Virus genome (UHGV): UHGV-0072281
Length of the DNA stretch: 64,000 bases
Strand: one strand, 5' to 3'
From: a virus
Every line of letters starts with the position of its first letter. Position 1 is the first letter of the stretch. Below the pieces are notes generated by a model that was not told the origin of the DNA, did no database searches, and worked only from the letters and a program-made list of their open reading frames with translations. Below are positions 29,644-38,556 of this stretch, piece by piece. The position numbers were made by a program, and so were the translations under genes.

Positions 29644-30234
29644 ATGGCTGAACGTTGGACTAAAGAAGGTATTATTGAATCCAAAACCGATTTGGAAGGT
29701 GGGTACGTAAACGACCCTGACGACAAAGGTGGAGAAACCTGTCACGGGGTAACCTTAAAAACTGCACGCGAGTACGGATACACAGGGAAAATGAAAGACC
29801 TAACGCGCGCACAAGCGTTTGATATTTACGATCGGGGTTGGTGGAAGAAACTCAAACTCGATGAAATTTTCGCTATCTCACCGTTACTCGCAGACCGGAT
29901 GTTTGATTTTGGTATTAACGCAGGGCGTGCTAACTGTGTGAAATCGTTACAACGTATTCTCAACGTTTTAAACAACGAAGGGAAACTTTACGCAGATATT
30001 GACACCGACGGCGGTATGGGTCCTAAGACACTGGGTGCGTTGAACGCGTACCTGAAATATCGTAAAGATGAAGGATTGAGCATTTTAATCTTTGCGTTAA
30101 TCTCTCACCAAGTAACTTACTACACGGAAATCTCCGAAAAACGTAAGAGAAACGAGAAATACACCTACGGCTGGTACGCACGTGTGTTTAGAGAAATGGC
30201 AGATTATACGGTAAAAGCGGGATTAGTAAAATGA
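29644..30234 (+). CDS. Endolysin, glycoside hydrolase family 108-like with C-terminal peptidoglycan-binding region
   Basis: N-terminal motif EGGYVNDPDDKGGETCHGVT matches GH108 signature (EGGY..DP.D.GG.T..GIT); C-terminal W/G-containing region. Confidence 0.75.
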   Translation: MAERWTKEGIIESKTDLEGGYVNDPDDKGGETCHGVTLKTAREYGYTGKMKDLTRAQAFDIYDRGWWKKLKLDEIFAISPLLADRMFDFGINAGRANCVKSLQRILNVLNNEGKLYADIDTDGGMGPKTLGALNAYLKYRKDEGLSILIFALISHQVTYYTEISEKRKRNEKYTYGWYARVFREMADYTVKAGLVK

Positions 30235-30335
30235 ACTGGTTTGCTAAACTCTTAGCGTTATTGTGGAAAGCGTTAACGTCTGGTCGAAAACGTAAAGACG
30301 AAAAACGTGGGCAAGAGTTCTTCTGGTTTTTGTAA
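30231..30335 (+). CDS. 34-aa amphipathic/basic peptide (MNWFAKLLALLWKALTSGRKRKDEKRGQEFFWFL), candidate lysis accessory
   Basis: ATG overlaps endolysin stop (ATGA); too short for ORF track; hydrophobic N-half and highly basic C-half. Confidence 0.35.
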   Translation: MNWFAKLLALLWKALTSGRKRKDEKRGQEFFWFL

Positions 30336-30350
30336 GGAAAGGTGTGGGTA

Positions 30351-31016
30351 ATGGAGAAGCTTCAATATAAACGTTTAGACAATAAGTGGTTTGTATTAAC
30401 GGAGGATTACCATTATCCGTTTACGTTACGTGAGATTTATCACGACCACGTACACTTAGACCGTGCGGTTTATTTAACGGGTGTATTGCCTGACACGCAA
30501 CTGTGGTTAACAGCACCTAAAGGGTTCGTTACTGATTTAGCGTCAATTCCTGAACACCTCCAGGGAATTTTCCATCCTGACGGACCGTGGGCACCTGCGG
30601 CCTGCATTCACGACTTACTGTATCAAAAATGTAACACGGAGCGTAGCTATCCCATGACACCGGGTGGTAACGTTTCGCGTATTATCGATAAAGAGTTCTC
30701 TGACTTAACATTCCTGCGTATTATGCAGTCGTTGGAAATCTCACCGTATATCTGCCAAACGTTTTATAAAGCCGTGGCGGGGTTCGGTTGGGATGCTTAC
30801 GTAGACCCTAACGCGAAACCGTCTTATACCACTAACGATTACCGTACGTTAGATTACAATCGAAACTATTTGTTCGTTCGTGAGTTTAAGGAGCCTGCTA
30901 TTCCTGACCACGAACGTGTTGATATCACCACAGGTTGTCCCGTTAATGTCAAATACCTGAACATCAAACGGGCTTTTCTGTCTGGGAGGGAAGATGTTTC
31001 ATCCAAATCCGAGTAA
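30351..31016 (+). CDS. DUF1353-like protein
   Basis: Motif FVTDLASIP resembles the TDxASIP block of DUF1353 (from memory); ATG 30351 with AAGGAAAGG RBS (track begins at GTG 30342). Confidence 0.45.
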   Translation: MEKLQYKRLDNKWFVLTEDYHYPFTLREIYHDHVHLDRAVYLTGVLPDTQLWLTAPKGFVTDLASIPEHLQGIFHPDGPWAPAACIHDLLYQKCNTERSYPMTPGGNVSRIIDKEFSDLTFLRIMQSLEISPYICQTFYKAVAGFGWDAYVDPNAKPSYTTNDYRTLDYNRNYLFVREFKEPAIPDHERVDITTGCPVNVKYLNIKRAFLSGREDVSSKSE

Positions 31017-31509
31017 CTTTAAACTCAAAGAGTTAGTACCACAATCGTACATCGCCAAATACGGTGATTCTGCAATTCGGTTTATGAACCCGTTGTTAAT
31101 GATCTCCCTACAACAGATTCGTAACCGTTTCGGCAGAATGGTGATTAACTCGTCTGCTGCGCAACAGCGTGGCCTAAGAACCTTAGACTTTTTCATCAAC
31201 CAAGAAAAGCCTAAGGGTGGTAACTATAAACAACGTGCGTTACAACTCTACTCTGATTCAGGGAGTCAACACAAGTTCGGTAATGCATTTGACGCGACAC
31301 TGTTAGACTCAACGGTAAAACAAGTCCACGACTATATCGCCGCTAATCCTGACGAATTTCCGTTCATTCATTTTATCGAATGCGACATCAGTTGGTTGCA
31401 TATCGACGTTCGTAACCAACCGAATATCACGTTCTGGTCACCGAATCGCGGTACTGTGAAAGTCGTGAAACAAAGCCCTATCGATTGGAGCGCCTTAGTT
31501 AAAATCTAA
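30994..31509 (+). CDS. Peptidase M15-like cell-wall hydrolase (L-Ala-D-Glu endopeptidase / carboxypeptidase fold)
   Basis: Motif SQHKFGNAFD fits the Zn-binding S.H..G.A.D block of M15 peptidases; GGGAGGG RBS. Confidence 0.5.
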   Translation: MFHPNPSNFKLKELVPQSYIAKYGDSAIRFMNPLLMISLQQIRNRFGRMVINSSAAQQRGLRTLDFFINQEKPKGGNYKQRALQLYSDSGSQHKFGNAFDATLLDSTVKQVHDYIAANPDEFPFIHFIECDISWLHIDVRNQPNITFWSPNRGTVKVVKQSPIDWSALVKI

Positions 31510-31579
31510 GCGCATAATCCTTAACTTAGGGTGATTGTACCTTATTTTGTATAAACCGTCTTAGAACGCGTTCTACGGA

Positions 31580-31625
31580 CAAAATAAGCCTACCCTCCTG
31601 CTAAGCAGGAGGGTATTTATTATTC
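31580..31625. terminator. Bidirectional rho-independent terminator between convergent genes
   Basis: Hairpin accctcctgc-taa-gcaggagggt flanked by A-run upstream and T-run downstream. Confidence 0.75.
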
Positions 31626-32099
31626 TACCGGGTGCAGCATAGTGCCGGTATCCGGAATGCTGCCTTCGTGACATCTGAAGAACGTTACACCTTTACCTTC
31701 ACCCGTTTTGTAGCTGATGCTAGAATAGGCAAACGTTGGGGTTTTTGACAGTAACCCGTTTACACGGTAATAGCGCTCACCGGTAACGACGTTTAAGTTA
31801 CTGTCCACCTTACCTAACAAATCTTTATAAAGTTGCGGAGATTCGATTTTACCTTCGTTCCATGTAGCGACCCAATTCGCCCCTGTATCCATGACTAACA
31901 CCGAAAGGGGCATCAGTTTTAGACTAGACGGTACCGGTTTAAAATCCACGAATTCTTGAGAAGCACCTGTACAGGTGTAAATGACCATATCGTGTTGGTC
32001 AACAGGTACGGTGGAGAACTGACCTTCTGCGTTCGGCTGAATAGCACAACTTGCCAATGTCATTACAAAAGCAACGACCACGAGAATGCGTTTTAGCAT
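31620..32099 (-). CDS. Putative lipoprotein
   Basis: N-terminus MLKRILVVVAFVMTLASC has signal peptide plus lipobox-like LASC; lone minus-strand gene among plus-strand genes. Confidence 0.6.
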   Translation of the reverse strand: MLKRILVVVAFVMTLASCAIQPNAEGQFSTVPVDQHDMVIYTCTGASQEFVDFKPVPSSLKLMPLSVLVMDTGANWVATWNEGKIESPQLYKDLLGKVDSNLNVVTGERYYRVNGLLSKTPTFAYSSISYKTGEGKGVTFFRCHEGSIPDTGTMLHPVE

Positions 32100-32237
32100 A
32101 ATCTCACCCTTATTAAAATTAAGAAAAAATATTTTTTCAGGTTAGCGCCTACTGCCAACCGTCATATCTATATTTTACGAAATGTCTAAAATAACATTCT
32201 TATGCAATCCACCCCTACCACTTACGAGGTAAAAACG

Positions 32238-32768
32238 ATGGCTAAAGCCTTCAATCAGCAGCTTATCGAAGCTGTAAAAGCCAAAAACCCTGAAACTTCT
32301 TCTAATCTAACCGTAGAAGACGTTGACTTTGGTGCCGTGGAAGCACATAGCGGAAATGGTGGCCGTAACACCAAAGTTACGCTGACTGCAAAAGAAGAAA
32401 GTGCTAACTTTACTGGCAGCAAAGAATTCCACTACACTCGTCTGGCTTCCCAAGACTTGATCGGTGCCAAAGCTTACGAACAAGCTGGTAATCTCGATCT
32501 GGAAAACTCAGCCATCGTAACCAAACTCAACGAAGAAATGGTTACTAAAGGTTATACCGACGACGCGTTTGTCGAAAATGAACTGACAATTGAGAAAACT
32601 GACGGCGATAGCGGTGCTAAAGTTTACACTATCAAAGTAAAAGATGCCCACATCAAATTCTTGACCGGCACCATTGCCACTTTCACTTATACCAACCCAG
32701 CGCCTGAAAAAGTAGCCCTTAGCGGTCTGGAAGGTGAACTTGATGGCTTCACAGCCCCAAAAGACTAA
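32238..32768 (+). CDS. Hypothetical protein, first of three tandem paralogues
   Basis: ATG 32238 with GAGG RBS (track begins 32202); shared core ..NTKVT(L/M)TA...S.NF.G...(L/F).Y.RL....GELDGF(T/K). Confidence 0.6.
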   Translation: MAKAFNQQLIEAVKAKNPETSSNLTVEDVDFGAVEAHSGNGGRNTKVTLTAKEESANFTGSKEFHYTRLASQDLIGAKAYEQAGNLDLENSAIVTKLNEEMVTKGYTDDAFVENELTIEKTDGDSGAKVYTIKVKDAHIKFLTGTIATFTYTNPAPEKVALSGLEGELDGFTAPKD

Positions 32769-32819
32769 TGCTTTAACAACCAAACTAAGGCGGTAAATCC
32801 GCCTTATTAGGAGAAAAAA

Positions 32820-33359
32820 ATGGATAGTCAAGCTACTAACCAAATGCAGCTAGTCGAGTTATATAACGCTGCCAACACTGGTTTGCCGCACAAATTGGTG
32901 TCGTCTGAAGTAAAATTTGGTCTGCCCTCTGCAAACGACGACGGTGAAAAAAATACCAAAGTTACAATGACCGCTTTACCCGGCTCAGAAAATTTCCGTG
33001 GTCAGATTGAACTTAAGTACGACCGATTAAACCCCTCCATAATTTCTGATTCTCTGGGAGTGGTCAAACTCGAGGGGGAGATAGAAAAATGGCGGGAAGA
33101 TAACTATGTTCGCGCCTATCTGCAACATTATATTAACCAAGTAAAACCCAGAGACACAATAGCCACAGGCGATATTGTTTATAGTTACGAAGAAGTAAAA
33201 GAACAGGATAAACTTGTCGCACTACGAGTTACCTGCACTGTCGCTGAAAGAAACCATAAATATCTGCAAGGCGTAATGCTTGTCTTTGAAGTTAGTCCAG
33301 AAAAGATCGATCTTTCCACCACTAACGGAGAGTTGGACGGCTTTAAACCGACCGAGTAA
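32820..33359 (+). CDS. Hypothetical protein, tandem paralogue
   Basis: 179 aa; strong similarity to 33394 gene (QM.LV.LYNAANTGLPH...KNTKVTMTAL.GSENF.G.IELKYDRL). Confidence 0.65.
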   Translation: MDSQATNQMQLVELYNAANTGLPHKLVSSEVKFGLPSANDDGEKNTKVTMTALPGSENFRGQIELKYDRLNPSIISDSLGVVKLEGEIEKWREDNYVRAYLQHYINQVKPRDTIATGDIVYSYEEVKEQDKLVALRVTCTVAERNHKYLQGVMLVFEVSPEKIDLSTTNGELDGFKPTE

Positions 33360-33393
33360 CCACTAACAACCAACTTTTATAGAGATTAAATTA

Positions 33394-33924
33394 ATGGCAG
33401 CTACTAACCAGATGATGTTGGTCGCGTTGTATAATGCTGCTAATACTGGGCTACCGCATCAGATTACTGATAAAGAAGTGTCCTTTGGTCAACCTGTTGC
33501 GCTGGAAGGCGAAGGTAAAAACACCAAAGTTACCATGACAGCATTGGCGGGTTCCGAAAACTTTAAAGGCTCAATCGAACTGAAATACGATCGACTGGAA
33601 CCGGGTGTTGTAGGGCGTATTGAACTAACTGACGATCTGTCTCGTTGGGTAGAAGAGAACGAACTGCGAGCCTGGTTACAGTATTATATCAACAAAGTAA
33701 AACCTAACGACACGATCGCGCCGGGAGATGTTGTTTATTCTACAGAAGACCAAAAAGACGAGCATGAAAACGTTACTCTGCGAACAGTAACGTGTACCGT
33801 TACCGAAAGAAACCTCCGTTATAAACCAGGTGTAATGGCAACTTTCGTAATTACACCGAAGGTTGTCGATAATCGTATTGACCTGGCCACCACCAACGGT
33901 GAATTGGACGGTTTTACTGCTTAA
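33394..33924 (+). CDS. Hypothetical protein, tandem paralogue
   Basis: 176 aa; see previous. Confidence 0.65.
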   Translation: MAATNQMMLVALYNAANTGLPHQITDKEVSFGQPVALEGEGKNTKVTMTALAGSENFKGSIELKYDRLEPGVVGRIELTDDLSRWVEENELRAWLQYYINKVKPNDTIAPGDVVYSTEDQKDEHENVTLRTVTCTVTERNLRYKPGVMATFVITPKVVDNRIDLATTNGELDGFTA

Positions 33925-33944
33925 TCGCTAAGTCAACTACTATA

Positions 33945-34000
33945 ACAAAAAAAAACAATAAGTTTACCTACCTCCTTTACGGAGGTAGGTATTTTTTATT
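33945..34000. terminator. Bidirectional rho-independent terminator between convergent operons
   Basis: A9 run, hairpin cctacctcc-tttac-ggaggtagg, T-run. Confidence 0.75.
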
Positions 34001-34670
34001 CTAATCCCATTTCCAGTGCAAGTGCACGGATAGTGTCGTAGTCACGCTGTTCAGCTAAGAGGCGAAGCTCTTTTTTCTGTGCGGTCATTTGTCCATGCAA
34101 CTTCTGATCACGTTTTACGATCTCGGACAATAATTCCTTACACTCTTCTAATGTAAAGGGTTCTAAACGTGTATTGGCGGTATCCAACCAATATTCTGGC
34201 GCAGTTTCAGATTGGATGTATTGCCCTAACATTTGTCGGGAGATTGCATCAGCCTGAAAATGACGTTCATTTAGCTGAATTGGTTCGTAACGTTGTGCTT
34301 CGTAACGCTTCTCCAACGCCATCATGATCTTTTGAACATCTAAATAAATATATCGTGCTGTTGAACGAACGTTACTTCGAATCTCATCCAGATCTATCTC
34401 CAATTTATCTGAAATGAACTCTTTTGCTTTTTTCAAGGTGAAATTTGCTTCAATATCTGACATATTGTAACTACGCATTTGATCTAACGCGTCTTCATCG
34501 GACATGCCGTCGAGTAGTTTGTAATGAAGCAGTGTACAAAAACCCGTTCTGCCGCGATCTTCAGTACCTATATGGCCCAAAAAGTTTCCGTGGCGATCAA
34601 TTGGGGAAAGTCGGCTAAAAAATCTGGCGCGAATATCTTCGTTTATTAAGCTTTTGTCAAGAGCAGGCAT
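33996..34670 (-). CDS. Hypothetical protein, last gene of the radical SAM/peptide locus
   Basis: 224-aa ORF, overlaps upstream gene by 25 nt (translational coupling). Confidence 0.55.
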   Translation of the reverse strand: MPALDKSLINEDIRARFFSRLSPIDRHGNFLGHIGTEDRGRTGFCTLLHYKLLDGMSDEDALDQMRSYNMSDIEANFTLKKAKEFISDKLEIDLDEIRSNVRSTARYIYLDVQKIMMALEKRYEAQRYEPIQLNERHFQADAISRQMLGQYIQSETAPEYWLDTANTRLEPFTLEECKELLSEIVKRDQKLHGQMTAQKKELRLLAEQRDYDTIRALALEMGLE

Positions 34671-35218
34671 TCGTCTTCTCCTTTAATTAAACCCAGCTCG
34701 ATCAGAAGATCAAAATCGATTTTACGAAACTTACTATCAAAATTTGAGTCCCAGTCAATATGTAGTCCTTGACGTTCGTCTTCTGTAAACTCGGGATAAA
34801 CTAAACTATGAAAAGTTTCCCTTTCATCGTAAAAACCATCGATGGTGGACTCTGGGTTTCGTGTGACATAAATTGTTACACCGGGAAACGATAAGCCTAG
34901 GGCGGCTACAGATTCAACACTCGGCTCTTGCAAAGCGCGTCGCAAAAGAACGATTTTATGTTTAGGGAATTCCAGCACGCGCTGTTCAAAACCTGGGTTT
35001 CGTTTCTCGATTTCAGCCACAGAAAGATCGGTAAGTTCTGTACAATACATCGGAATAACAACGGTAACTCCGTGACGAATTAATAATCGCTTAACATCGT
35101 CATTGAAATCTTCGCCGTTAATCTGTACATAACAGCCAAACAGTTTCGTAGTTTCTAAAAACTTTTCCAGAAAACGGAATTTACGCTTCGTAATATTGTG
35201 GATCAGAATTGGCTTCAT
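34646..35218 (-). CDS. Hypothetical protein in radical SAM/peptide locus
   Basis: 190-aa ORF overlapping the SPASM rSAM gene end. Confidence 0.5.
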   Translation of the reverse strand: MKPILIHNITKRKFRFLEKFLETTKLFGCYVQINGEDFNDDVKRLLIRHGVTVVIPMYCTELTDLSVAEIEKRNPGFEQRVLEFPKHKIVLLRRALQEPSVESVAALGLSFPGVTIYVTRNPESTIDGFYDERETFHSLVYPEFTEDERQGLHIDWDSNFDSKFRKIDFDLLIELGLIKGEDECLLLTKA

Positions 35219-36503
35219 CTTTGGCTTCTCTCAATTGTTTTTCTTTCTGGGCGCGTTCACGTACACAGCGAGGACAGTAACACATGCTATTATCGTGAAA
35301 ATCCTTCACGGATGTTGTGCCCATTTTCTGCTTCCAATATTCCGCAACCATCAATTTTGCAGTTGTCCAACCACACTGACGACGTTCAGCGTGATATGCT
35401 TTACGGTCTTCTAACGTCCCTTCCCCATTCTCGTAGGAAGCTGCTGCACAGCTACCACAAGCGTGTTTCATTGGACAACCTAAGCACGTCTCAGGATAGT
35501 TGGTGTATTGCGTCTGAATCTCTTCCAGCAGTTTCCCACCGTCTAAACTAACGAATTCGCGACCGACTAACTCAAATACCGCAGAGCGTGACGTTACAGT
35601 CGACATGAAACGGTTACAACCGAAAATCTTCCTGTCAAACCCTAAACAAGTCATGTGCGTTAATGTCCCGCAGAACGGGCGCAAGCGTTCCGGGTTTAAA
35701 CGTACAGTATCGTTGTAAAGTAGCTGATCACGCCAGTTCGGTTCCCAGATAGTGTCGAAATCTAACCCTTCCGGGATGATATGCGAAAGGGTATTACGTG
35801 GGTTGGTGTGTAAACCCTTTTCAACCCAATAATCGACTACATCCATCATTTGTAGCGCTATCGACGTAGCCATACTCCGTGGCATAATGTCTTCGAAGGT
35901 TACGTTACCAGAAATGGTTCCACCTCCCGCCAAATCGATTAGGGATTTCATACCCGCCGCATAATGTGGGAGTGTCTCCAAAGTAAATGTCGCTTTAACC
36001 CCAAGCTCCGCGATACCTACTTCTTTTAGATAATTGTAACCACGTACAGCGGCCTCGTAGGAACCTTCGCGACTCGTTGTAAAAATACGGTACTTATCGT
36101 GCGACTCAGGTAACCCATCAATAGATACCCCGATAGAAAGTCTGTCCTTCCAACGTTCAATAATTTCCCTGTTCAACGGCCTATCTAATAATGTCCCATT
36201 AGTAGAGATACTAAACATAAACGGACGTTTATGTTCTTCACACAACTGCTCGGCTGTTTCGAAAGCAGTCATTAGAAGCTTAGGCTGCATAAACGGTTCA
36301 CCGCCGATAATGTCAATGATGACTTCTACGTTTGGTAAATCTTTATCGCGTTCAAAGCAGGCATGAAGAAAGTCTACAATATCCGCTGCTTTGTTATTGC
36401 GGGGATATTTACGCTCGTAACAATACTCACAGTCCAAATTACACGACAAGTTTGTAACAATCTGGTAAGTCAACTGTTTCGGGTAATTATTTTCTTGGTT
36501 CAT
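35181..36503 (-). CDS. Radical SAM enzyme with C-terminal SPASM-like Cys-rich domain (putative peptide-modifying maturase)
   Basis: N-terminal CNLDCEYC (C-x3-C-x2-C), IIGGEPF glycine-rich SAM motif, C-terminal Cys clusters incl. CLGCPMKHACGSC. Confidence 0.8.
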   Translation of the reverse strand: MNQENNYPKQLTYQIVTNLSCNLDCEYCYERKYPRNNKAADIVDFLHACFERDKDLPNVEVIIDIIGGEPFMQPKLLMTAFETAEQLCEEHKRPFMFSISTNGTLLDRPLNREIIERWKDRLSIGVSIDGLPESHDKYRIFTTSREGSYEAAVRGYNYLKEVGIAELGVKATFTLETLPHYAAGMKSLIDLAGGGTISGNVTFEDIMPRSMATSIALQMMDVVDYWVEKGLHTNPRNTLSHIIPEGLDFDTIWEPNWRDQLLYNDTVRLNPERLRPFCGTLTHMTCLGFDRKIFGCNRFMSTVTSRSAVFELVGREFVSLDGGKLLEEIQTQYTNYPETCLGCPMKHACGSCAAASYENGEGTLEDRKAYHAERRQCGWTTAKLMVAEYWKQKMGTTSVKDFHDNSMCYCPRCVRERAQKEKQLREAKDEANSDPQYYEA

Positions 36504-37410
36504 TTAATACTCCACTATTACGGTTGGCCATAACCACTCGTCGAATATACTCGTAGGCTTCTAACCCGATGGAACAAGCTAATTGGTTACATCCCGATTC
36601 TAATAATCTCGGGGCATTTTGCAACTGATATTCGGTTCCATCTGCTCTTAACCATAAACTATTGCTGCATACGTTACACCCACCATCAAAAACTTTGCTT
36701 ACGACATAGTCACACCTTTTCGAGTTGGAAACATTCAGTCTTTCTATATTTTCCTGAATTCTAAAATACCCGTAAATAAAGTTCATAACGTGATCGGGAG
36801 ATAACGGTTTTGGCATATTTGCGTCTAACAGCAACGTCATGGTACGATAACCGTAGTGATAGATCGCATTATGAAGCTCAATAATGTCTTCATGCCACCG
36901 TTTGTTACCCAACTGTTCTCGAGTTAAAACGGCCCATGTATGAACATTTTCAAGCTCATGCATTACTTCTAAAGCTTCGTAGCAATCATCGCTAATAAAA
37001 CGCTTAAAAGGGCGTTCAGACAACTCAAACCCGTCGATGCTAACATATACGTTATCAAATTGTTTTAACAACGGTAGATGCGTTTTACGCATCTTTAAGC
37101 CATTGGTGTATAACTGATGTTTGAGTTCTGGGCGAACTGCTTTTAACTCGTCAACAAACGCCTCAATTTTACGAGTGGCTAACAAAGGCTCACCACCCGT
37201 CCATTGAATCTCGGTAATTGTTGGGTTAGCTTCTAACGCCTCCATAATTCGGTCACGTTGAAACTCTCGAGAAGAATCTTCACGATTCATGTAATAGGCT
37301 CCGCCGCAGAAACTACAGTCCAGATTACATTTGGATGTAGTAATAACGGCTAATATAGTTGGATTATCAAATAGCTGATCTGATAATTTTGGTTCCGCAT
37401 TGGTCGCCAT
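36487..37410 (-). CDS. Radical SAM enzyme (paralogue B)
   Basis: VITTSKCNLDCSFCGG (C-x3-C-x2-C), WTGGEPLL; C-terminal Cys residues; paralogue of 39018-39929 with blocks of perfect nucleotide identity. Confidence 0.8.
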   Translation of the reverse strand: MATNAEPKLSDQLFDNPTILAVITTSKCNLDCSFCGGAYYMNREDSSREFQRDRIMEALEANPTITEIQWTGGEPLLATRKIEAFVDELKAVRPELKHQLYTNGLKMRKTHLPLLKQFDNVYVSIDGFELSERPFKRFISDDCYEALEVMHELENVHTWAVLTREQLGNKRWHEDIIELHNAIYHYGYRTMTLLLDANMPKPLSPDHVMNFIYGYFRIQENIERLNVSNSKRCDYVVSKVFDGGCNVCSNSLWLRADGTEYQLQNAPRLLESGCNQLACSIGLEAYEYIRRVVMANRNSGVLNEPRK

Positions 37411-37432
37411 TGCAGGTGACTCCGTTAATTAT

Positions 37433-38320
37433 TTAATTATAGTCGATAGCGAACAATGGATCTTCGTCGAAATTGACTCCAGGTTTTAAAACCTTAGTCG
37501 AATTATACGCCTCTAGCAACCGATTAAGATCGTTATAACGACTATTCATTCTTTTGAGGTCTTCTAAGGTCACAATACGATCAAGCATCGGCTTAACGGC
37601 CTCGGCTTCTTCATCAGTCAATTCAACCTTAGACAACAAAAAACTAACAAGTTTAGAAATATCAGCCTCGGTTACTGGACTTTGGCCAAATCGTATTTGA
37701 ACAAGATGTTGCATCCATGGTTTACGAATACGCTTCGTAATAACATGCTCATCAGTAATGGCTTTCCAAACAGAACGTTCACGAATCCATTCGAACTTAT
37801 AGCTATAGGCCATTAAATCAGCTAAATGTGCAATCCCGAGGTCCTGATAACCTTCAATGTTGGTGTATGGTTCACTGTCGGAATACTCTTCAACATCCTT
37901 ACCAACAAGAGTATAGTAATACGGAAAAGCCCCCATGTAATCTGGACTCCACCATCTCCGAACCATAGGCTTAGCGTCAAGCTCAGCAAACGGTGTAAAA
38001 AAAAGTTCTAAATCGCTACCAGCATTTAGAACTCCGTCACTGAAGAAGTATTTACCATCAACAATCATTCCATAAAGTTCATCATCTCCTGTAAAAACTA
38101 TCACACGTTCGACCGGCAGATCACGAATTGTAAAAGTATTTTCTACAGAGATATTATCACGGTTGACGATATCACGACCCCGTAATTTCGGCCATTCGCC
38201 AGGTAGCATGGTAATTAAACGAACGTCGTCACTTAAATGATAACGTACAGAATCTGGAGAAGAGATTTGCAAAGGATGGTTAAATGTAGTGTTATATGCT
38301 AAATGTAAATCGTTTTTCAT
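37433..38320 (-). CDS. Hypothetical protein between precursors and radical SAM gene
   Basis: 295-aa ORF; no recognisable motif. Confidence 0.55.
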   Translation of the reverse strand: MKNDLHLAYNTTFNHPLQISSPDSVRYHLSDDVRLITMLPGEWPKLRGRDIVNRDNISVENTFTIRDLPVERVIVFTGDDELYGMIVDGKYFFSDGVLNAGSDLELFFTPFAELDAKPMVRRWWSPDYMGAFPYYYTLVGKDVEEYSDSEPYTNIEGYQDLGIAHLADLMAYSYKFEWIRERSVWKAITDEHVITKRIRKPWMQHLVQIRFGQSPVTEADISKLVSFLLSKVELTDEEAEAVKPMLDRIVTLEDLKRMNSRYNDLNRLLEAYNSTKVLKPGVNFDEDPLFAIDYN

Positions 38321-38343
38321 TGAATACCTCTGACACGTTTCTA

Positions 38344-38553
38344 CTACTTATTACCGCCAGCACCACGGCTACAACTACCGCTACAGGACCAGCTACACCC
38401 ACCGTTACAGTTATAGTGACTCAACGGTAAACCAGAAAGGTTATTAGTGGACGACACCGTACCCTGGTTTGCAATATAGTTGTTTGCTCCTGCTGTGGTA
38501 ATGTATCCTTCCGCCGTTACTAATCTGTCGCGTATGTTTTTAAGACTTATCAT
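38344..38553 (-). CDS. Cys-rich precursor-like peptide A (leader + short CxxxC core)
   Basis: 69 aa: leader MISLKNIRDRL...HYN then core CNGGCSWSCSGSCS; conserved leader and junction shared with B and C. Confidence 0.65.
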   Translation of the reverse strand: MISLKNIRDRLVTAEGYITTAGANNYIANQGTVSSTNNLSGLPLSHYNCNGGCSWSCSGSCSRGAGGNK

Positions 38554-38556
38554 TTC

